Shown here one piece after another: positions 24,621 to 37,021 of a stretch of DNA of 64,000 nt. A model generated the notes under the pieces. That model had not been told where the DNA came from. It was given only the letters and a program-made list of their open reading frames with translations, and searched no databases. Positions within the stretch are counted from its first letter, which is position 1. Every line of letters begins with the position of its first letter. Made by a program: the position numbers and the translations under genes. Source of the stretch: Marsupella aquatica (taxonomy: Eukaryota > Plantae > Marchantiophyta); NCBI GenBank assembly GCA_973895155.1, contig OZ316892.1:1491223-1555222 (forward strand). The letters run 5' to 3'.

Positions 24621-25700
24621 AAAGTTATTCCGGAAGTTGAACCGGCTTCCCATCCGGTTTCCCACCGGGTTTTTGATCCGGTTTCGTGTTTGAAGCCCTA
24701 TAAAACTTAGTATAGGAAGAATTAGACTTTGAATTTTTTCTGAGTACTTTATCTCATAGTCTAGTTTCAGACTTTAGCATTATTTTTTACTTTTACACTT
24801 AGGTGAGGAATTGAAGAGGCATACCTCTTCAACTTTTGTTTAGAGGAGACTTGTCCCTAAGTATAAAATGGAAAATTTCCACCATTTTACTCAGACTTGC
24901 ATTTCACTTCTGAAAGTCTCCTTCTTTGAAGAGAAGTAATAGATCCATATTTATCTATGCTTTGTGTTTGGACATTAGTGTGTGACCATTCTTGCTAGAA
25001 AATCTATGTAAAGTGACTAGCAATGTCATAGTTAACCTTTAGGCTAATTATGCATGCCTGAGATCATGCAAAGGTCTAAAGATTCATGTTGACTAGGGAA
25101 TACTTATGGCTTATTAAGTATTAGTGGAAGATGCACCATACGAGAACTCACAAATTGCGTAGTCCTAAAAGAGCAATCTGAAGGATTGAATAGAAGAATA
25201 AGTTAGTTCGGAGTAATCAGTACCACCTTTGCCTTGACATAGGTCAGAAAGTTAATACGGGCTATCTTATATGTATCTTTTATAAATTCTTAGATGGTTG
25301 GCTTTAAAGATGAGCTTTAGGCATCAGCCTAATTTAGTCAGACTCTCTGTTGATTCTTAATCGTGCCTAACTTAGTCATAGATTGCTAAGTGGCGAGAGG
25401 AGATGAGACATTTAAGGCTCGCCTAATCCTATCTTTACGCCTCCGGCTTTTGGTTGTTTTCTTATATTTTTAGAATTGATTATTGCACTGTTGATGATGC
25501 AAACATCACAATACCTGAGGATGTATTAAAAACTCCTTCCACCTGACCTAAGCATGTTGGTAAAGGCTTGAAATTTGAGATAGGTTAGGTTAACTATCTC
25601 AAAATATGTTAAAACAATCTTTTAGGTCTCACAAGCTCTTAACGGGAACGAACTCTGGTTATTTAAGAGGAAAGTAGTTCATATTTCCTTAAACCCTACT

Positions 25701-26850
25701 CTACACTCCCACCTCCAACGCTTCCTTAGCCTTGGTAGACAAGGCTCCTTGTAACTGAGAAATCTGAACCTGTGCCTCCATAAGTTGTCCACCTTGCTCT
25801 TGGATTATAACCTTCTTAGCCTTTATCACTTCTTCCAAGGCCCGGCTGCTTGTCTGCAAGGTTTCCACCTTGGCGTTGGCTTGGTTGAGGGCCTTTCTCA
25901 AAGTTTGGCACAACTTCAGCCCCTCATGCACCCCATTGCGGAAATAACGCAATTCAGCCAAATACACCTCGGGCACATCGTAATCAAGGGGCTCCTCTGG
26001 ATTCCCCACAAGTGACTCCATCCACTCCACCGTGCTATCCTCATCCGGGTCCTCTTTTGTAGTGGTTTTGGCTATCGGTGCAGACGGTGGTTCCTTTGCA
26101 AGACTCCCCAAGATGGTAGTTGCAATCCTCCGTATTTCCATGGTGAAGGGTGGCCCGGATTCTTCAGTTTCCGGAGAGGGGAGGAGCCCTTCTGACCTGG
26201 CCAAGAGAAAGGACACCATCAAATGAACGCTCCCTCCAGACTTCACACTTTTAGGATCCATGGCCAATGCTTTCTTCAGCCCAAAGTACGACCATCCGTA
26301 AGTGTGAATTGGGTGAGTTTTGATGTCCTTGGCAATAGCCAATTGATCTCCACTCACCACTCCAGATTGCCCCCGGCCAAGCACCCGTTGGTGTATCTTG
26401 GCCACCAACCCCTTGAAGGCTGGTTCCTTGAATGTTGAAAAGGGAATGTTGGTCACGGAGGTGGGATCTCTCACAACCCCAACTAGCTGCTCCAACGTAA
26501 GTATCTTTGGTGGCTCCATTGGCTAAAAAGTGAAATCTTGGTTGTCCAGGAACAATAGCTTGGCCAGCTCCGTATTGGGAATCAATCTCTGTGTACAATG
26601 AAAATATATCCCCTTTGTACGGAACTCTAATCTTGCCTCCACGTTCCAAGTCCTACATTGGGGAATCCTGATCTCTACCCGCATGAAATTGGTGAGACCC
26701 GTCGCCTGAAAAATTTCCTTGCATTCCTCCATCATCTTGGCAGAAGTCCGGGGGTAGACTCTTCAAAAAACCCTCCTCTCAACGGATGCATTACGGGTGT
26801 CTGGTTTGGTACTCCTGGTTGTATGTCTCCCTTCTCTCTCTTCAAAAATT
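25701..26850 (-). mobile_element. Degenerate transposon accessory ORF with coiled-coil tail
   Basis: In-frame ORFs 26523-26735 and 25701-26519 are separated by a single stop; intronless; TE context. Confidence 0.45.
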
Positions 26851-27922
26851 CGTGATGCAACGTAGTCCCGGTAAGCGGCCTTGTATCTACGGATACGGGC
26901 CCTATTGAACTCCGGTTTTTCCAATGACGAGCTCATTCACATTCGGCTCACACCAATTCCTTCCTTCACTCATATCACAATTCACTCCCTGGCCCAAAGA
27001 AAAATGCTTGTAACACGATCAAATGCCCACAGCCAACCCACGAGAGAAAACCGTCACAAAAAGTTTCACGTATCCGGCAATAATCCCCCAAATCCTTGTT
27101 TCCCCTAGCCCGACCGGCCCCCGTGTCACGATCGGCTTCACCCCTTTCACCAGGGCATCCCAATGCAGCCGTCACATATGCTTCCAAATTAAGCATTCAA
27201 TCCCCCAACACAACTCAATGCCGAGCTTAAGGAAAAGAACTAGAGAAAGAAAAAAACACTCTTAGGAAGTTGGAGAACCAGGGTACTGCTTACAAAGGAG
27301 GCAGTTTTGAGGGAAGCTTTCGGCATCTCAAGGGAGGAGAAAAAAATTCAAGGGGGAAGCAAGAGGATGTGGCTTCCCTAAGGGCGCAAGCCCCCTTTCA
27401 TGTATGACCGGGGGTGCCATGTGCCTTCCGCTGCCCTCTCCCGGCCTGCTGCCTACTCATCCGAGGATTGAGAAGTATTTACTCCCCCCCTCTTTGCTTT
27501 CATACCTGCCCCCCGAAGCTTCTCTATGATTGGGGAGCATTTACTCCCTCCCCTTTCTTGGTTCCCGACTCTTCCTTTGCACGCAGCCCTATGCAGGGCT
27601 CGCGGCCGGCCCTTCTTCGCCCTGGTTCCAGCGCCTTGGCAACCTTGCTTTTTGGGGGATTTAACCCACCCTCTTCGCTCTTTAATTTCTTCCGGCCTGC
27701 TGCCGCACCTCCTGACTTGTGCCTTTTGGGGGGTTTAACCCCTCCCTTTTGTCTCCCTGTTAATTCCCCCCGGCCTGCTCCGCGCGCCGGCCTAGCTTGC
27801 CCTGGCAGTGCCTCCTCTACTCCCCGGTAGCCTCCTTTGCCCGATAGCATCCGCCCTGTGCCCCGGCCATACATCCCGGCACGCGGCCCTATGTAGGGCT
27901 TGCGTTCATACCCTGGCTGCCA

Positions 27923-28254
27923 TGTTAGGTATTTACTCAAGGTCTAGGGTTACGACCTGTAACCATAGTCGAAGACGTGGTTAGGTTAACTAGGATGCAC
28001 ACTATATGCCAAATGATGTTTGTTTGCCTGGATAAGTGGAACTTAGACTCATTGTTACGGAGCCACTTGAGAGATGAGGAGAGCTTAAACTATGGAGACT
28101 TGGTTTAGCCAACGGGCTTAGAGTTCAGTAAAGCTCTCTTGTGTATTCCCGTGGACGTAGCCTCTAGGAGGTGAACCACGTATCTCTTGTGTCGACTACT
28201 TGTGCGTTGGATGTATCATGTGCTTACCGTTGCAAGTGTTGTTTATGCTCAACA
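27923..28254 (+). mobile_element. Solo LTR (332 bp), related subfamily
   Basis: TGTTAGG...CTCAACA termini; perfect 5-bp TSD TGCCA (27918-27922 and 28255-28259); 3' two-thirds similar to 17241-17582. Confidence 0.88.
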
Positions 28255-28869
28255 TGCCACATGCGGCTGCCTGCTTGTGGCCGCGCCTTCTCACCCCTGC
28301 TTCCCCCTTCGCCCGACAGTGTCCTCCTTCTACTTGCGCAAGACCTCCTCATGGAGAGGGCCAGATGCTTCCTCCAAGGCCGGGGAATTTAATTCCCCCC
28401 CAAACCTGCACGCAGCCCTATGCAGGGCGCGCCTTCTCGATAGAGAGGTTTTAAATGAGAGGTTTTTAAACCCCTCTAAAGCCTCCCTAAGTGACAAAAA
28501 AACTTCCACAAAGGTTTGCATAGCCGCCCCCCCTTCAACTACTGTTCCTCATCTAGCCCCTCTCCAATATTATCTAGGGTCTGGAACAATTGTCGGGGTC
28601 TCCAAATATTACTTGGTGGTACCCCATGATAAGAATCCCTATTTTATTCTCCCACAACAATAAGACCCAAGAGAGCAAAGGGTCAATTAAAAAAATAGTT
28701 CCTCCCGGGTTCAAATAGCTCTGGCCCTCTAGAGTAACATGAACACATACCAAGATGAATAACTTTTAAGGAATTAAAAAAATTTGAAAAACCCTTGTGT
28801 ATATTGGCTTATTTATTTACATGCATCTTGCCAATAACACCTAACGGTGACTTTTTGAGACGGGGACCC

Positions 28870-29232
28870 CGTCACACTACTCTCCAAAAGTGTGTTGCAA
28901 AGTCTACTATGGATACCGAGTATGTAGTGGCAGCAAAAACAACATCAGAGACCATTTGGTTGAAAAAGCATGTCACGAAGATGGGCTTATCACAAGATTA
29001 TGTGTATCTTCATTATGACAGTCAAAATGCAATTTACACTACCAAGAAACAAGTGATGGATGGCAAGGTAAAGCACATTGATATCCGCTATCATTTCATC
29101 CGACAGGCATTATCGGATGATGAATTTGAGCTTGTCAAAATTGGTGGAAAGCTTAATCCAACGGATGTTTTTACCAAAATATTAGACTCCAATACTTTTT
29201 CAAGGCATTGTAATTATTTACAAATATTTTAA
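28870..29232 (+). pseudogene. Ty1/Copia RNase H remnant
   Basis: QKCVAKSTMDTEYVV...LHYDSQNAI...KHIDIRYHFIR...NPTDVFTKIL is the canonical Copia RNase H C-terminus. Confidence 0.92.
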
Positions 29233-29420
29233 ATATAGAGTTAACCAAGAAAATGTCTCTATATGAGTACTCCATCCGATGGCTTATCGACTACGGCTTA
29301 GTTCTAGTTAACCCTTGCATTAGGGGGAGGACCTGTTGGCCCTACTACCTTGAACTTCTCGCGGAGGAACTTGTAAGGAAAAAATTGACAATGTTATAAA
29401 CCCTCCCAAGACGTGAGTCA

Positions 29421-29831
29421 AGGGGGAGTTTGTAGAGGTTAACTCAGTCTTGGGTTAAACTATGGTCAGTATATTAACTAGGGTTTGCTCTAACCCTAGT
29501 TGAAGAGATTGGTCTTTATCTCTTCAACTTATATATGGTGTGAGAACACACAAGAGAGTTCTCAAGAGAAAACACAAGGATATAGCAAGAGATGAGAGCT
29601 TGAAGAGATGAGAGCTATGGTGATGATTGAGTAGGCATAGAGCTATAATGATGCTTGAGTAGACATATAACCATTAATAAAACTTTGTATTCCCGTGGAC
29701 GTAGCCAACCTTGAGGTAAACCACGTAACTATTGAGCACATGTATGTTTGGAGTGTTTTTTCTAATCTAATTTCTCTCCACAAGAGAGATCAAGGAGTGA
29801 GGATTAGTGAGGTGTCAGAGTGTGTGACACA
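29421..29831 (+). repeat. Polypurine tract plus Copia 3' LTR
   Basis: AGGGGGAG (29421-29428), then TGTAGAG at 29431; contains CCCGTGGACGTAG...AACCACGT; probable CA end at 29831. Confidence 0.65.
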
Positions 29832-30911
29832 TTGGTAGTTAGGAGTTAGTATTCATGAAAAACTTTAGTATTGAAGACCAGCCCAAGCTTGTACTAAGTT
29901 TACTTGATCTAAACCTATGTGTCTTTCTTCCTTCGACACTCTTATTCTAGCTTGTGAATCTGAGAATGCACGATACTTTCTTTCGACGGTTTTATGACAT
30001 GTTTTTCAATGGTTTTTTTGTTGACATGTTTTTGTGCAATCTTTTATAAAAAGTACTTTGATGATAGAGTTTTGCTTACCAAATAACGTTGGAGTACATC
30101 ATCAAGATTTATTGGACAAGAAATGATGTGATTGTATGCTCGGTGGTTGTTTGGCCAAACACTAGCACACCAAGTGGAAACTTTATCTTTGTTTGAGATT
30201 TTGAAGCCAAACTTTGGTGATCAAGTTTTGGTTGATCAAGAAAGCATTGGGGTGTAGTATGGGCAAGGATTCAATTGGCGAGTCTTGACATGACTATATT
30301 GGCGAATCAAAGTGGCGCTTTCATTTGTTTATTAGACAATTAGAAGTGTGTAGGCTGACTTATTGGATGGTAGCCTAACATGACAACCTACAGCGGTGAC
30401 AGCCCATGGTGATTTTGACATTAGTTGGTGCAGGGTGACTAGTTATAGAGGATAGAAGTCCCCTTGATGGATTTCTCTTCTGGCGACGGAAGGAAAATCA
30501 TCTAGTGCAAGTTTGGATTTGATATAAGATTACTAATGTGGTGGCAGCCAATAATAGTCTTCTAATTGTTTGGAATACTAAAATCTGTAGTATGTGTGTG
30601 AGGGTTTTGTTTTTCTAAAGATAGATGTATTGTGAGTACTAATTTCCAAGATTACATCCCTCTTGAGAACCCGAAACGATAAGGACTGTGTTTTGTGAGT
30701 GAAATGAATTATGTGTTAAGTCCCAAAGTAGAGTTCTAACAACACTGCTAGAAAGCTTGCCCTTGCTATTGTGTACCTTCTTGTGACCCCGCGGTCAGAC
30801 TAGGGAGGTACCTGGTGGAGGTTCAGACAAAGTAGAGTGCTTTGAATGGACGTCCAAGATAAACCTAGCTAGACTAGACTCGAGGTCCTATTCTTGGTCC
30901 GGATACCATCA

Positions 30912-31205
30912 TGATACGACGTCGGGTTTGGAAGCCTGTAAAAAAGGACTTTGAAACCGAAGGTTAGGACAACAAGAACTATGCACAACCATGCCTTTCG
31001 CTCAGTAATCCGTATCTTGGTGCCCCTTTTTGACCAGTTGTGGGTGAGTCCTTTGAATCTTTGAGGGGCTTTCCATGTAGTAATAATAGTGTAAGGGTCG
31101 TAGGTAATATTACTAGTAGTGCATTTATTTGTGTAAGGCCTTGTAACCTAGGGCTATAGAAGGGGTTCCCTTGAAAAAGGATAGCTAACTAGTTCTAGAG
31201 TGTCA
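30912..31205 (-). repeat. Possible short LTR between a PPT-like and a PBS-like sequence
   Basis: Minus strand reads TTGAGGGGAG, then TGACAC...GTATCA, then TGGTATCCGGACC. Confidence 0.35.
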
Positions 31206-31520
31206 TGTGCTCCCCTCAAGCTAAACACGACACTCATCAAGGGAGAAGACTGGTCTAGATACATAATCCTGAGTTGGGTTTGTTGCTTCCCTGTGCTCTA
31301 CCCCAATGACAACATCCATCAAAGAACTTAAGTAAATAGAGCTACATGAATGCAAATGAGCAAAGTCTGGACATAGTCTCTGGATGATAATAGTCCCCAT
31401 ACAAAGCAACAAATCCCCGACTGAGTTCAGCTCCCAAAGCTGACAGCTTCTCATCATGGCCTGCTTTCCCCACTCACCCATCTCATAACGCTCTTCCATC
31501 TTATTGAACGACAAACATTA

Positions 31521-32450
31521 TTACATACAGTCACATAATGTCGACTCAACCTCTACAAACGGCTCCTCACCTTCCCAAGCATCTACCCTTGTTAAAGGAA
31601 CATACTCTCTGCTTGTCTGAACAATACCAACATCTCCAGTACGTGGCTGTTCAAATTTATTGTGCCTATCTATATGAAACTCTAGCTTTGACCCTTCTAC
31701 TCTATGATTTCTGGGCTGCTTATGACACACTACCCTCCCACCAGGGTTTTCTTCCACATCCAGGAAGAAGGCATGCTCCACCTGATTGGGATACACAAAG
31801 GGTTGCTCCCATTCGGGCAACTTGGACCTGAAGTTGGCAAGCATAAAGCCATCTCGGTCTCTTTTCACATTGGCCCTGTTACCAAGCCACACTTATCTTA
31901 CCCAATCACCCTACATCAAAATTACAGGAGTGGATGTGGCTCCATAGTCAAGAAGCCAGATATCACTTAGTTCTCCTACATGCCCCATTTGCAGCACTCC
32001 TTTGCTTTCATTGGAGCTCTGGTGGTGAAATACACAAGTGAGCTCACAGTCATATATATGCTACCCTGGAAGAAGTGGTTTCATCTCTCACTAGATAGTG
32101 ATTGCCATATGCTGCATCCATTTGTAAGAAGTTATTAGCAACTGTGGAGGATTGGACAGAACCTGGTAGACATCTGGATCCATATTTGGATGGCTTGCAT
32201 GACGCTCTTGAACTATGCGTCTCACCCATTCTGACATGCATGGGAATGGGGCAGACATGGTTGAATGAATAGCCTTATGTGCCTCATACTCCCTACACAC
32301 AAAGGTCATTGCGTACAATTAGACTACACATTCTATACGTGTCTGCAATTTAACATCAAGGTAAGCAAGGGCAGCAAAGCAAACTGAAAACACATTACAT
32401 ACAGGGAGACCAAAGTATGTACTCACTCAAGCCAGGGTTGCATTGCATCA
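31521..32450 (-). pseudogene. CACTA (En/Spm) transposase C-terminal remnant (DUF4216-like)
   Basis: DRDGFMLANF...EQPFVYPNQVEHAFFLDVEENPGGRVVCHKQPR resembles the TnpD C-terminal motif; broken by frameshifts. Confidence 0.7.
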
Positions 32451-32540
32451 GTGGCATGACACAATGGGTTTTGGCATGCCCAGTTCACCTTGCCACATGG
32501 CACCTGACCAATCCGGAAAGACCTTGGGTTAACATACACA

Positions 32541-32651
32541 AGTTACTCTAACTTATACACAAAATGGGGCTCAACTTAGTTACTCTAGCTTATACACAAA
32601 AAGGGGCTCAACTTAGTTACTCTAGCTTATACACAAAAAGGGGCTCAACTT
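32541..32651. repeat. ~36-bp tandem repeat, 3 copies
   Basis: agttactctagcttatacacaaaaaggggctcaactt repeated three times. Confidence 0.85.
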
Positions 32652-33010
32652 ACGAATAAAAATAGCTAGGAAGAAAAATAGTTTTGGGGACACATGGACA
32701 AAAAGGGTCAGTTTGGGGGACAGGTTAGTAAAGAACGGTAGCAGGGATTCACAGGTTCCATCATATTAATTCTTTCAAAATGCCAAAGCTCCAGGGTTTT
32801 TCCTATTAGTTTTCACAGCTTCAATTTCTTCTTTTCCAGCGGCGAAATTCTTCTTTCGTTCCCAAGCAGACCTTAGCAGCACGAGGTCCAGCGTACACTA
32901 CAGTAGGCCGAGCGACGAGGCTTTGCATTCGGCCAAGAAGAGGGGAGCAGGGGCGAGAAGAGTGGAGCTGGCCTGTTATCATTCCATCGGAGGTGGTGTA
33001 GTTGTTGGAG

Positions 33011-36000
33011 ATGGCTGCGGTTTCAGCTACAAAAGTCCGTGCTGCTCTCGGATCCGTTGCTGCCCGGCACACGGCTGCAACCCTGGTGTGGATCTCGATT
33101 GGAGGCCGCAGCGAGTGCTCTTTGAGAGATTCGAGGACTCTCCGGTGCCGTTCCCCCATTTTTTCCAGTTCAGGTGATTTACCGGTGATTTTCGTATCTA
33201 TTCGAGTAGAAGTGGTGATTTTCTGTGGTCTGCGTGACAATAATGCTTGATCGAGAATGTATGCGTTGTCTTGTGTTGGAGTCTAGGTTTTTTTCCAGCG
33301 AAAAGATTTTTTTCTTGCTACCTGTCTGCAGTCTGTGTTGGGCCGTGCGTACTGTATCATAGAAATTGGTTTTCCGAGTGTTTTTTGTAATACTGTCAAT
33401 AGTGTTATTGATATAGAAACTATGACACGCCTTGGAAGCTTCAGAGGTAGAATCAGGTCCTATTTATCTCTCTGGAGATTGTGGTGGAGGTGTCGACGTG
33501 GAATGAGGACTCCTTCACTTGACGATCTAAAAGCCAATCGGTGCATAGCATGTTAGTTTGTTTCCGTGGTTTCAGTCCCAAGAATTGAGTGCAACGTTGT
33601 GGTGTGGGTTGATTTAGTCGCATTGTGGCATTTGGGTCGATAGATTTCCTGTTGGTCGGAGTTCCTGGGCTGTACTTCTGGAGTATGTCATTGCAACTAT
33701 GTAGGAGCTGAGGGGTCCTTTTTCTTCCTTCGTCATTTATTTCGTCAGCATTGATGTCCTATCTGAGAAGCTTGTCTACTTTGCTGTCTTGTGTTGTACA
33801 AGTGTCACATGTGCCATGTAGTCAGTCCTAAGCTTTTAGCCCCTTGTTATCACATTATGCCTTCTCACACATGCTGTATTAGTCCCGGCAGAATAAGCAT
33901 GGCACAGTCTGTTCCCTGGGTCACCCAGTTTTCATACCTGGACAGACGGGAGGAAGGAAAGAACTTTGTTGCTCTAGAGCCCTCCGTGGGTCGCTAATAC
34001 TTCAAAAGCATTTCCGGATATTTGAATCATTAGTTTTATTCGAGGGTCCGATAGATCTTTCAAGGTTGACAGTATTAGCAGTGTATAGGCATCAGTTTTG
34101 GAGGCTCCTGGCTGAATGCAATGTGACTCTTTCTTTTCTGCGTATACGCATGCGGATCATCTATATAATTTACCAGTAGCCGTGGTCTTTTTGCCAGGGC
34201 AGCAAAGAACTGTGGAAGAGAGATGGATTTCATTTTTCGCAGATCCTACTCATTGGTGGGATCACAGGTCAGAAAAGGTACATTCGTCATCCTCAGAGAC
34301 TTTTTAGTTCTTCTCTTTCCTTGTTTTTCAGTGCAAGAGTGGTAAAACCTTCTTATTGAACTGCTTTGAGGTAGCTGTGTAGCTCATCCTCCTGTACACC
34401 AGGCTGTGATAAATGCAGGGCTGATCAACTCGATTCGGATTTATGGTTGCTAGACAAATCCAAGGTATCCAGACTTTACACACAAAGATACACAGGAGCC
34501 ACTCTGGCTGAATGGCAGATCGAATCCGGTATGGGTGGAAGCAGAGCTAGCTGCTCTTATATCAGGGCCCTCTCAGAAAAATCTATTTTCTTGGAATGGG
34601 ATGCTTGCAAAACACATTAAGAAGGGGGAGAATAAGAAAACGCTGGAACTTTTGCGGCAAATGCAGCAAGAGGGCATGAAGCCAGACAGATACTCATACG
34701 TCCCCGCCCTGAAGGCATGTGCTAACTTGGGAGCACTTAAAGAGGGCAGCCAGTTGCATGCAGAAATTATTCAAAGTGGATGCGAGTCAGATCCATATAT
34801 TGGGAGTAGCCTCATTGACATGTATGCTAAATGTGGGAGCATAGAGAATGCTAGGGAAGTGTTCGACAACATGTCCGCAAGAGATGTTGTGGTTTGGACT
34901 GCCATGATCAAGGGGTATACAAAATGCCGGCAGGGGCACAAGGCATTAGAAGTATTTCGAGAAATGCAATTGAGCAGGGTGAGGCCGAATCCAATCACTT
35001 TTGCTGGGATCTTAAATTCATGTGCAAGTATAGGGGCGCTTGAGGAAGGTAGGCGTGTCCATGCACAAATCGCCCGGAGTGGCTTGGAGTCAGATCCTTT
35101 TGTTTGTAGTGGCCTCATTGATATGTATGCGAAATGCGGGAGCATAGAGGATGCTTCGAGAGTTTTCAACAAGTGGCCTGTTCAAGATGTGGTGTCCTGG
35201 AATGCTATGATCATGGGATTTGCGAAATGTGGACAAGGGCAGAAGGCATTGGAACTTTATCGACAAATGCATGCAAGAGCTCTAAAGCCGACCGTTAGTA
35301 CATTCAAGGGGGTCCTCATTGCCTGTGGCAGTGAAATGGACCTTCAAGAGGGCAAACAGGTTCACTTGCAGATCAGTCAGAGTGGGTGTGAGTCTGATAT
35401 GTTTGTGGCTAGTAGCCTGGTCGACATGTATGCTAAATGCGGGAGCATCGAGGATGCGTTGAGAGTGTTCGATCAGATGCCCATACGAGATTTGGTTTCT
35501 TGGAATGCCTTGATTTTGGGATTCGTGAAAAATGGTCAAGCAGAGAAGGCATTCGAACTATCTAGAAAGATGCAAGAAGGAGGACTACAGCCAGACTCTA
35601 GCACCTTTGTGGGGCTGCTCAATGGATGTGCTAGCACTGGAAATCTCGAAGAGGGCAAACGTCTTCATGCACACATCAAAGAATGTGGTTGTGAAAACGA
35701 TCTTTTCGTGGCCAGTAGCCTCGTTGACATGTATGCCAAGTGCGAGAGCCTGACAGAGGCCTGTCGAGTTTTTAACAAGATGCCTGTAAGGGACGTGGTT
35801 GTTTGGACTGCATTGATAAAGGGGTTTTTAAAGTTCGGGCAAGGTTTGATGGCACTGGAACTATTTCAACAGATGCAAATTGGAGGGGTGAAGCCAGACC
35901 GAATTTCCTTCGTTGGAGTACTCAATGCATGTGCAAATGTGACAGCACTCGAAGAGGGCAGGTGCATTCATGTGCAAGTTATTGAAAGCGGTTGCGAGTC

Positions 36001-37021
36001 TGATCGTTTTGTAGGTAATTCTCTTGTTAATATGTATGCCAAATGTGGTAGCATAGAAGAGTCATGGAAGGTATTTGAAAAGATGCCAACACGAGATGTA
36101 GTGTCATGGAATTCCATGCTAGGAGGATTTGCTATGCACGGAGATGCGAAGAAAGCTCTTCAACTTTTTGAACAGATGCACCAAGAAGGTGTGGAGATGA
36201 ATGGGGTCACTTTCGTTTGTTTGCTGTCGGCCTGTAGCCATGGAGGTCTTGTGGACGAAGGTCTTCACTACTTTAAAAGCATGGAAGCAGTTTATGGTAT
36301 TCCAGCCACAGCAGAGCATTATTCGTGCGTAGTGGATATGCTCTGTCGCGCTGGTCATATCCAGGAGGCAGAGGACATCCTCATAACAATGCCGTTTGAA
36401 CCTGATGGTTCTATGCTGAAGGCTTTACTTGCTGCTTGCCGTGTCCATGGGAATGTTCAGATTGGAGAACGTACTGCGAAAAGAGTGCTTCAGTTGGACC
36501 CACAAAGTTCCTCAGGCTATGTTCTGCTATCAAATATCTATGCTGCTGATGGTGACTGGGATCGAAGTGCTTCCTTTCAACAGTTGAGGAAGGAGAGGGG
36601 TGTGAAGAAGCAACCAGGGTGTGCATGGATCTCAGTAGATAATGCGGTGCATACGTTTTTGGTAGACGATCAAGCACATCCTCACATTGGCGAAATCCAC
36701 TCAGAACTTAACAGATTAGTGGCGGCGATAAAAGAGGCAGGATATGTGCCAGATACACGTTTTGCTTTGCATGACGTAGAGGAAGAGGAAAAGATAGGTC
36801 ATTTGGGTTTTCACAGTGAGAAGTTGGCCATTGCATACGGACTTCTCAGGACTGCTCCTGGAACCGCTATCCGCATCTTTAAAAATCTCCGGGTTTGCGG
36901 TGATTGTCATACTGCCACCAAGTTCATTTCAAAAGTAGTTGAAAGAGAAATCATTGTAAGGGATTCTAACCGATTTCATCATTTTAAGGACGGTCTCTGT
37001 TCTTGCAGAGATTATTGGTGA
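33011..37021 (+). CDS. PLS-class PPR protein with E1-E2-DYW deaminase (organellar C-to-U RNA editing factor) and an N-terminal OSB-type PDF motif
   Basis: Exon 34454-37021 encodes (P-L-S)x5-P2-L2-S2-E1-E2, PG box PGCAWI, HSEKLA...CGDCH zinc site and terminal DYW. Exon 34198-34277 joins in frame through a GT-AG intron (34278-34453). Upstream exons are tentative: 33011-33173 (Ala/Arg/Ser-rich transit-peptide-like), ~33332-33368 and 33883-33989. Confidence 0.93.
34198..34560 (+). other. PDF motif (OSB-family ssDNA-binding module) split by an intron
   Basis: Spliced translation EERWISFFADPTHWWDHRSEK|TNPRYPDFTHKDTQEPLWLNGRSNPVWVEAEL matches the OSB PDF consensus WxxFFxxPxxWWDNRxxKxNPxxPDFKHKxTxExLWL..xPxW. 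Confidence 0.88.

Noticed and set aside
32821-33240. 139-aa minus-strand ORF
   Set aside because: Antisense shadow of the GC-rich probable first exon of the PPR gene.
34771-36910. Several minus-strand and off-frame ORFs within the PPR exon
   Set aside because: Shadow ORFs of the PPR coding sequence.
36590-37021. Possible U-to-C (DYW:KP-type) editing domain
   Set aside because: The PG box (PGCAWI), HSEKLA and terminal DYW are canonical for the C-to-U type.
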